From NCBI GenBank assembly GCA_036172245.1, contig JAYWIR010000044.1:1674001-1707368 (forward strand): a DNA stretch of 33,368 nt. The letters are read 5' to 3'. Each line of letters opens with the position of its first letter. The first letter of the stretch is position 1. The notes below the pieces were generated by a model. The model searched no databases, was not told where the DNA came from, and was given only the letters and a program-made list of their open reading frames with translations. Shown here piece by piece: positions 23,601 through 32,151 of this stretch. A program made the translations under genes and the position numbers. The stretch comes from Raillietiella orientalis. Taxonomy: Eukaryota.

Positions 23601-24281
23601 CTGTGTGCACTGATGGTGCGAGATGACACTGACCTGCCTGCGAGGTGGGAGATCACTTGCGAAATCGCAGGCGAAACCCGACTGCTGAACGGCTGGCGGA
23701 CTTGCGAAGTGGCAGACTCTGCCACACCTCGCATTCTCGCAAAGGGGCTTCTCCGGTGGAGTGAGCTCCTCGGGGTGCCGACCGATGAACTTGTGGTCCC
23801 TTCTGCGTGTTTGGACGCGACTCTCTTCCGCCTTCGGTGGAAACAGGACGCTTTTATGCTGGTGCATTGGGGGTTGTACTGCAACCAGCGGGCGAACCTG
23901 ATTTCCGAATAAGTTGCTTCCCCGATCTGTGACCAATGCAAAGCGGTGGAATCGCTTCCTCATTTGCTGTTTGAGTGCGGTGCCCTTTAGGATCTGTGGC
24001 GGCGGTAGTCTTCAGCGCTCCTGCACCTCGGACACACCGCACTCGATTGAATGCGCCGCTTTCACACGCGTGGCAGTCTTTCTCATGGAGCGGTCTTCGC
24101 AATCATCTGCAGCGTTCGCGCCATTTTCAGGGCCCGCCACGTATTGCAGATGCGAGCAGTCCTAACATCGGTCCCCGCTACCGCACCCTGCAAACTGCAA
24201 ATGGCAGCCGGGTGGCCACACCTGGGAGCAGAAGTGAGGACGGAGATCGGCGGCGTTTACCGCCGGTTCTCAGAACAGTAA
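20697..24281 (+). pseudogene. C ORF2: APE + RT + zinc finger, many stops and frameshifts
   Basis: CWNVNAL, LREIH, VTNIYAP, VDFNV, DHAFLD, YWRPI, VDLCKAFD (22403-22426), PYANDV, KYLGVP and CDQCKAVESLPHLLFEC (~23928-23978). Confidence 0.9.
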
Positions 24282-24479
24282 CGGCTAAACTGTATACCCC
24301 TATCCCCGCCCTCCTTCCTAATTGATTTATTTATTGTCCCATCCCCTCCTGTTCCGAACTCTTTGTGTACCCGGCTCGCGCTCCGGGAAATCTACTCCCC
24401 ATTCTCTGTTCCCCTTCCCTGGGTACACAGTTCGCATTTGATATTATGAATAAACGTCTCGCCGCAACCGGGTATTAAA

Positions 24480-25675
24480 CGACATCGCCGCATTCTTCTA
24501 TTTGCTCGCTTGCCTGCTGTTTTTTCTGGCGGTACGCGAGATTTTTTTCTGATCTCCTCACCTTCTTTGGTTTTTTGGCCGTTGCCAATTGACACCCATT
24601 CTCCTGGTCGGCTCCCTCAACTTTTTCGGTGTTGGTAGTCAAAGTCTCGGATGCGGCCTGGATCATGGGCGCGGATGGCACAGCCTTCGCGGCAGCTTTC
24701 GCCGCCATCCTTTTCTGCAGAAGCGGGACGCGTTTTTCAAGGTTTCTCTATGGAAACCACCCGCACTGTTGCTTTAGGGCACACCTCTTTCGTGTGACCT
24801 ATTCTGCCGCATACTTGGCACTGAACGTTGAGACACCTCTTTTTGAGGTGGCCCGACGTGTTGCAGAAGACGCAATATTTCGGATTCCCCACATACCAGA
24901 GGTCGACGGTTTTGCCTTCGACCACCAGTTTGTGGAAAAGAGTGCAGCTCTTCTGAACAATGAAGCGCGCATCCGTGAATCCGTGTTGAAGCCCCGTGTA
25001 GTCCTCGAAAGGACTAACTTTCGTCCACTGCGCGTGGACCGTTCCAAATTGTTCGAGCGCGGCGCGAACCTGTTCTCTGAGCATTCCGTGGTTGCGCCTG
25101 ACAGGTGGACCACAATGCTACGGTCCGCCGTAGTGGGGTGGTGCCGGCGCGTCCCCATCACAACGGGAGTTTTAAGCAGTCGTTGGTCCAGGTCTGCTTG
25201 TTTGCAGATGACCTCAACGTACTGACCCTCACTGCGGATGGTCATAGAGCTGACCTCCTACACTTTCACATCGAGAGCGCGCAAGTTCTTCGAGAAGGCG
25301 CGCGCTCTCTCTAAAGAATAAAGGTAGCCAACCTTGTAGAATAATGAGGAAATGTACCCCTCCTCTACACAGGCCGAGAATTCCGCCGCGGCTGCTGGCG
25401 ATGGCGCCGACACAACCGCGTTCCACGACCGCCCTGCAACGGGGATTGATTCTGTGAGGGCGGATGCTTCCACCTATATCGCCTCTTGGAGCGACGTTGC
25501 CGACGCCCCCTGGCTCTCCATCGCCTCTGGGGGCAGCATTTCCGCTGCCCCCTGGCCATCCCAGGTGGTCGCGTCAGGCATCGCTGCCAGATCGACCACC
25601 AAACCACACGACATTTGCACTGAGGGAGACTTCCTCGCGCGAGGAGCACCGCGAAAACACGTCCACCTTGGAGCA
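24480..25675 (-). mobile_element. Family B copy B3: 5' end and ORF1 N-terminal two-thirds
   Basis: ATG at 25581 (MPDATT), SSLFYKVG and intact double knuckle CVFCNTSGHLKKRC..CQVCGRIGHTKEVC (24737..25084). Ends at the C 3' end. Confidence 0.92.
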
Positions 25676-25689
25676 GTCAAGGCGTTCGA
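25676..25689 (+). repeat. 14-bp target remnant gtcaaggcgttcga between B3 and B4
   Basis: Lies between the B3 5' end and the B4 3' tail; 12/14 identical to 31261-31274; reads V-K-A-F-D on the + strand. Confidence 0.85.
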
Positions 25690-25907
25690 TTTTTACCGGG
25701 ATTTCGCCTGGGCATTTGATGTAAAATAAACTTTTACAAAGACGTGCGGTGGCTGGACCATTGCTCCAGCCACGCACGAAGAAACACAGAGCCTACCGGG
25801 TCACCGGTTTGCGGACCGGTACGGTCCATCACGGCAGCAGGAGTAAGGGGGAGAAACAAAAAACAGAACAAAAAAGAAAAGAAAAGTTGGGAGGGTAAGG
25901 GAAGGGA

Positions 25908-28900
25908 TCACAGTTGCTGGTGCGGCAGTTGCATCCTTTTCAGGATGCCGGCAAGCTCCTTCTGTATTCCTGGATACAGGTAGGGCAATCGGGACGTTCT
26001 CCTCAGGAACTGGGAGGCTGGCTGGATGGCACCCTGGTCGCGATGTCCTCCCGTAGCCTTGCTCCAGGCGGTGACGATCCCGCGTAGGCAGCCCAATCCT
26101 GCTGACGAGGCCGCTGGCCGAAAAGCGTCGGAAACGAAGAGGGCTTTCGGTGCGTCCCTGGGTTGCCGCAGGGGATTCTGATGGCCGCAGCAAAGCGAAA
26201 CCAAAGGGGCCAAAGGGCAACACAATCCACTAGCAGGTGGGGTAGGGACTCCCGCTCCTCACACCTAACGCAATTGGGGTCCACCGCTCCCCAGGTCCAG
26301 TGGTGTCGGCGGGCGTTGCAGAAGAGTAACCAGTGCTGCAACAGGAGAGCCGAGTCCTGCCATTTCAAGGGAAGGGCGGAAGTGTTCATGAACACCGCTG
26401 GCCACTTCAGATGTTCAATAAGAACATCGAGCAGCGCGCCCCAGCGCAGAAGTCCATTAAGAGGCGTACTCGGTGTCCCAGCGTCTGTTAACTGGCCCGT
26501 CTTCCACTCTCCTATCTTCTTCTCCTCTCCGGAGATTCTTACTGTAACCACCCACTTCGCCGCAACATCGCTATCCAGATGTTCCATCAGGAAGGGCAGC
26601 GCAGCAGCAAGGGGAGTTATTCCTGCCCACGATCTCTTCTTTGGATCCTCCAGGATCTCGCGAAGCGTGCAATTTCTGTAACCCCCAAACAGGAAACTTC
26701 GTTCCTGTTGAAAGCATTGCATGCCGAACTGTCCTTACGTTCGAACGGTTTCCTGCAACCAGGCACTACCGTTCAAAGGGCGACAGGTGAGCAATCCTGG
26801 GTTTTTGCGATGCAGCGCAGCCACCCTCCGTGGATGGAGTCCGAATCGCTTGACGCGGCGACGGAGTGCAAGTAACGACGTCAGTCCCGTCTTGCCGGTG
26901 GGTTGCTGGAGAAGAAGACGTGCAGAGATGCACCAACAGGTGCATCACAACTCTGGAGCGAGTGCAGACAATCGGAACTAGAGCAGAAGCTCCAGCCGCT
27001 CCAACGTCAGGAGGCCCAGACCACCATCCCGACGAGGAGCGCACAAGTCCTTTAAGCGGACTCGGGCCCTCCCGTTGCCCCAAATGTCGATACGGAGGAG
27101 GTTCTTCGTCCGCTTTTCGATCCTCTATGTGGGGGGCCAAACAAAAAGCAGGGAGCGGAGGAGAGGAGCCGCAAACGTGTTCCAAACCGCGGCCCGTTCA
27201 GGCAGGAAAAACCTGCCGCCTCGGAAAGGGCCGATTGCCGTCTCCACTTTTTGGAGACAGCCGGTCCACGCTTCCGCAGGGGGGCAGTCCCCCAAAGGCA
27301 CACCAAGGTACTTGAAGTACCTCACCGTGGGGATCCCCAAACGGACACAGTTCTGCTGCCCTGCCCACGCCGCACCAACTGGCATCACTGACGATTTCTC
27401 CCTGTTCATCGTAAGCTCAGTTCTTCGATTCAGAAGTTCTAAGAACTTCTCGACCGCCGCAGCCGGGGTGGACATAGGAAACAGCAGCAAAAGGTCGTCC
27501 GGTTATGCTGAAATGGCCGCCGTACCGGCACAGTCGTGCGGCAGGTGCGCCAGAGTTCCCCTGTACGCTGTCAGTACCAACTCAAAGTGGGTACTGAAGA
27601 GCAAGGGGCTCAGGCTGTCTCCCTTGTGGATCAAACGCCGCACCGGTACGCCGTGCACGGTCTGCCCGCTGAAAGTAACATTGATGAGCGCGTTGCGCCA
27701 GCAGGAGCGCAGATAGGCAACTAATGAGGCCGGGAAGCCCAAGCGTTCCAGAAGCTCCAGAAGGAAATTCTGGTCGACATAATCGAATGCTTTTCGCAAG
27801 TCGATTGCGACCGCAAGGGCTCCCTCCCCCATCACTCCAACCCCTTGCGGGCGCACGCACTGGGATTCCGGCTGCGCACCAAGCTCCTTTCATGTTGGAG
27901 CTATAGCCAGGTGGAAGCGTGAAACAGGTTCGCCTCCATGCTTCGCCCGGGAACAGCATATGTCTGTTCCGGGCTGAAGAAGATGTTGGCAACCCGTCCC
28001 AGACGCTCTGCCCAAACCTTAGCCAGCAACTTGGCGTCCGCATTCACTATTGTGATGGGACGGCAGTTGTTCGTGCTCCTCAGATCTCCTCCCTTAGGGA
28101 GCAGCCGCACCTTTGCCGAACGAAACGAAGCGGGAACGTCACCTGTTTCGCGTATCAGCAAAGTGAGTTGCTGTACCAGGGGGGTAAGCCTTCCCGCGAA
28201 AGCTTGATAAAACTCCGCGGGCAGGCCGTACTCCCCTGGAGCCTTTCGCCTCTTGAGCTTTCCGATGGCCGAGAGGATCTCGTCCATCGTGAAAGGCTCG
28301 TCGAGGGTTTTCTCTGCTCCTTCCCGATCGCTGGAGCGCCTTCCGGAAGCAGGAGTCGTGAGACGTTCCTCTCCGGAGGTGCCCTGGAATACAGGGAGGA
28401 ATAGTAATCCCGCAGCAGGCCGCAAATTTGGGCAGGTGCCGAGGGCTCCTGGCCCTGATCGTCCAGTAAGCTGGCCGATCCGAACTGCCAGGCTTGCCTC
28501 TCGGCTCCCGCTTTGTATTTCGCCAGCCTGCGGAAGTCGGAAGACCTGGTGTAACGACGGGCCTGCAGGTAGGCTCGTTCGTTACGGACCCCGGTCCCAA
28601 AACCCGTAGGTAGGCGGTGCAGAGGGAACTCGTCGCAGAAATCATGGACTGACCGCTTGAAGCGGTCCCAATCCTGGAGTGTCCGCAGCCTGAAACTCCG
28701 CATGAACGTGCGGAGATGTTCCGCCGCGACCGGGAGCTTCAGCCAGTTTTCTGGGAGACGCCACGCTGACGAGGGGGGGCCCCTGTCGCGCGGTTGAATC
28801 TCGAGGACTAGCGGGAGATGGTCGGACAGCTCGCACGGTAACTTGCCGCGCCTGCCCACGCGAGGGCACAGGTGCTCGTCAAGAAACACGTGGTCAATGC

Positions 28901-29483
28901 TGTCTTCCATCCCCGGTGCACTGGCCAACAAATTACAGGTGTGCACCGCAATGCACACCTTGTTGACCAGGTCACGCTCGGGATTCTGCCCATCTGGTTT
29001 CAGGCGAACGTTGAAATCGCCTGCAACCAGATGGGCATTCCGCACGCCTGCTTCGGTCAGCCAGTCTCGCCGGAGGGCAAGGAAAAACTCTTTCCTCGCC
29101 CTCCTCTTCATTAGGTCTTTGCCGCTCGGTGAGCACACGTTCGTGACGATCAGATCGATCGAGTCGGACCACCTGAGAGTCAGCTCGCCGACACGACCGT
29201 GATCGTCGAACCGCACACCCCGTGCCGCGGCCTCGACGGCTGGACGAAGCAGGTAGGCGACACCGCAACTTTCCGCTCTCCCACACCTGTACCATAGCCG
29301 CCCTCCGGAGATCCGTTTCATTTCTTGCGCTTCTTCTGCAGAGATCACGTGGATCTCCTGCAGCAGCGCAAGGTCGTAGCACTCCAGAAGGGCGGCCATG
29401 TCTCGTCTCCTGCCGGCGTCTGTCATGCCGTTCACGTTCCAAACGGCGATGCGCAGACGACGGCGGGAGGAGATTCTTTGCAT
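25908..29483 (-). pseudogene. B4 ORF2: APE + RT + zinc finger, frameshifted
   Basis: VWNVNG, LQEIH, AGDFNV, IDHVF and SDH (28155..29483); KAPGEYG, LLPKGGD and CRPI (27901..28425); IDLRKAFD and GDSLSPLLF (27503..27856); catalytic site decayed to A*PDD; CVRCEERESLPHLLVDC (26003..26722). Confidence 0.93.
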
Positions 29484-29485
29484 TA
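29481..29485 (-). promoter_or_regulatory. TAATG overlapping ORF1 stop / ORF2 start (B4)
   Basis: catta on the + strand; ORFs 29483..29698 and 28155..29483 share base 29483. Confidence 0.85.
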
Positions 29486-31166
29486 CTGCTGGGAAGATTG
29501 AGGTGTGGGGGAGCCCTCCTCTTGCGAGGCAGGCGGGATGTCCATGGGGGTTTCGGCCTTCTCAGGCACCTGAGACACCTGTTCGGCCTCCACCCCCTCC
29601 ATCCCCTCCATCTCCTCCGTGTCAGTGCGTGAGAGTCTCGCGGGCGACGGGTCCCGAGAGTTTCCCACGCTCATGGCACCCTCGCTTGCGGAAGCCATCT
29701 CTTCCCCTTCGACGGGAAGACGAGCTTCCTAGGCGTTGTGGACTTACGTACAGCCTTCTTGCACGGTGCCGTGGAAACGGAGTCTGCGTATTCGGCCTCC
29801 ACCTCGGGGTCGGAAGTGGGGGACTCCTGAGGGGAGACCGGACGCCTTGAGGCCTTCTTGCCAGCCTTGGAGGGTTCTGGCTGCAACGAGGCTGCCAGCT
29901 CCTCCGCGGCTCGCGCGAAGGCTAAGTCATCGATGGTGGTGTGCATGACGGACGCCGCCGTCGGCTTGCTCCCCTAGCTGTTGCCAGAGTCAAGAGAGAA
30001 GAGGTCGTCGGTAGCGGCGAGTTCTTTCCGGCAGCGTTCGGCAACATCGAGAACGCGTTCGACAACGACGCTGCACTCTTTAATAATCGCGCTACCCTGC
30101 TCTTTCTGCTTCTGTTGGTAGTCGATTTTCTTTTCCATCCTCCTCTCCTTCTTTGATTTTTTTGCCGTTGCCACTTAGCACTCAGTCTCCTGACCGGCTC
30201 TCTCAACTTTTTCGGCGTTGGTCGCCGGGGTCTCGGGTGCGGCCTGGGTCTTGAGCGCGAGTGGCAAAGGTTTCGCGTCAGCTTCCGCCGCCAGCCTTTT
30301 CTGCAGAAGCCGGGCGCGTTTTTTAAGGTTTCTCTTGGAAACCACCCGCACTGCTGCTTTTGGCACACCTCGCTCGTGTGACCCATTGTGCCGCATACTT
30401 GGCACCACACATTGGGACACCTCTTTTTGAGGTGGCCCGACTTATTGCAGAAGCCACAGTGTTTCGGCTTCCCCACATACCAGAGGTCGACGGTTTCGCC
30501 TTCGACCACCAGTTTGTGGGGAAGAGTGCATCCCTCCCGTACGGTCACGCGCGCAGCAGTGAGGCCGTGTTGCAGATCCTTCTAGTCCTCGAAAGGACTG
30601 AATTTTGTCCACTGCGCGTGGACTGTTCCGTATTCCTCTCACGCCGCGCGAACCTGTTCTTTGCGCATGTGCGCGGTAACACCTAACAGGTGGACCACCA
30701 TGCTGCGGTCCGCCGTAATAGGGAGGAGCCTGCGCGTTTTCATCACTACCGGGGTTTTAAGCAGTCGTTGGGCCAGCTCTGCTTGTTTGCAGATGACCTC
30801 AAAGTACTGACCCCCGCTGCGGATGGTCATAGCGCTGAGCACCACCTCTTTCACATCGAGAGCGCGCATGCCCTTCGAGAAGGCGCGCCCGCTCTCTAAA
30901 GAATATAATTTGCCTACCTTGTAGAACAATCAGTGGTTGTACCCCTCCTCTACATAGGCCGACAATTCCGCCGCGGCTGCAGGCGATGGCGCGGATACAA
31001 TGGCGCTCGACGCCCGCGCTGCAGCGGGGACCGATTCTGTGGAAGCGGATGGCTGCACCTCCATCACCTCCGGGGGCGACGTTGTTGCCGCCCCCTGGCT
31101 CTCCATCGCCTCTGGGGCCGCCGTTGCCGCTGCTCCCTTGCCATCCCTGGTAATCGCGTCAGGCAT
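29483..31166 (-). pseudogene. B4 ORF1 with two CCHC zinc knuckles, frameshifted
   Basis: ATG at 31166 (MPDAIT), FYKVGKLYS and CGFCNKSGHLKKRC..CQVCGTMGHTSEVC (29922..30548). Confidence 0.92.
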
Positions 31167-31260
31167 CGCTGCCTGATCGACCACCGAACCACACGAGGCT
31201 TGCACTGGGGGAGACTTCCTCGAACGAGGAGCACCAAGATAACACGTGCACCCTGGAGCA

Positions 31261-31274
31261 CGCAAGGCGTTCGA
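31261..31274 (+). repeat. 14-bp target remnant cgcaaggcgttcga between B4 and B5
   Basis: Lies between the B4 5' end and the B5 3' tail; reads R-K-A-F-D on the + strand. Confidence 0.85.
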
Positions 31275-32151
31275 TTTTCACCCGGATTTCGCCGGAGCGT
31301 TTATTGTAAAATTAACTTTTACAAAGACGTGCGGTGGCTGGACCTTTGCTCCAGCCACGCACGAAGAAACACAGAGCCTGCCGGGTCACCGGTTCGCAGA
31401 CCGGTACGGTCCACCACGGGAGCAGGGGAAAGGGGGAAAAACAAAAAACAAAACAAAAAGAAAAGAAAAAGTTGGGAGGGTAAGGGAAGGGATCACAGTT
31501 ACAGGTGGGGCCGTTGCATCCTTTGCAAGATGCCGGGAAGCTCCTTCTGTATTCCTGGATCCAGCTGGGGCCATCGGGACGCCCTACTTAGGAACTGCGA
31601 GGCTGGCTGGATGGCACCCTGTTCGCGTTGTCCTTCCGTAGCCTTGCTGCAAGCGGTGACGATCCCGCGTAGGCAGCACAAAGCTGCTAACGAGGACGCT
31701 GGCCGAAGGGCGTCGGCAACGAAGAGGGCTTTCAGTGCGTCCCTTGGGTTGCCGCATGGGATTCCGATGGCCGCGGCAAAGAGAAACTAAAGGAGCCGAA
31801 GGGCAACACAATCCACTAGAAGGTGGGGGAGGGACTCCCGTTCCCCACACCTGACGCAATTGGGGTCCATCGCTCCCCAGGTCCAGTGGTGTCCACGGGC
31901 GTTGCAGGGGAGTCCCCAGTTCTGCAACAGGAGTGCCGAGTCCTGCTATTTTAAGGGGAGGGCGGAAGTGTTCATGAGCACCGGGGGCCACTTCAGATGT
32001 TCAATGGGAACATCGGGCAGCGCGCCCCAGCGCAGAAGTCCATTGGGAGGCGTACTCGGAGTCGCAGCGTCTGTTAGCTGGCCCGTCTTCCACTCTCCTA
32101 TCTTCTTCTCCTTTCCAGAGATTGTTACTGTAACCACCCACTTCGCCGCAA
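31275..32151 (-). mobile_element. Family B copy B5: 3' UTR and ORF2 C-terminus only
   Basis: Collinear with B4 25690-26565; similarity ends after cccacttcgccgcaa at 32151. Confidence 0.9.

Larger units (their letters stand above)
19740..24479 (+). mobile_element. Family C copy: ORF1 tail, full-span degenerate ORF2 and 3' UTR
   Basis: Low-complexity ORF1 tail ends with TAA at 20697. ORF2 motifs follow, and the 3' end aataaacgtctcgccgcaaccgggtattaaa lies at 24449-24479. The 5' boundary is approximate. Confidence 0.9.
25690..31260 (-). mobile_element. Family B copy B4: full-length (~5.57 kb) L1/Tx1-like LINE flanked by direct repeats
   Basis: 94-nt leader, ORF1, TAATG, ORF2 (APE-RT-zinc finger), structured 3' UTR and short A tail; caaggcgttcga on both sides. 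Confidence 0.95.

Noticed and set aside
4143..27510. Five of seven YADD motifs are damaged (*ADD, YADY, YAND twice, *PDD), suggesting targeted inactivation or a variant RT
   Set aside because: All these copies carry many other stops and frameshifts, so neutral decay is sufficient; YADD is intact in D2 and A2.
5141..32151. RIP or methylation-driven hypermutation
   Set aside because: Copies remain GC- and CpG-rich and differences include many indels and transversions; no clear directional bias by eye (not quantified).
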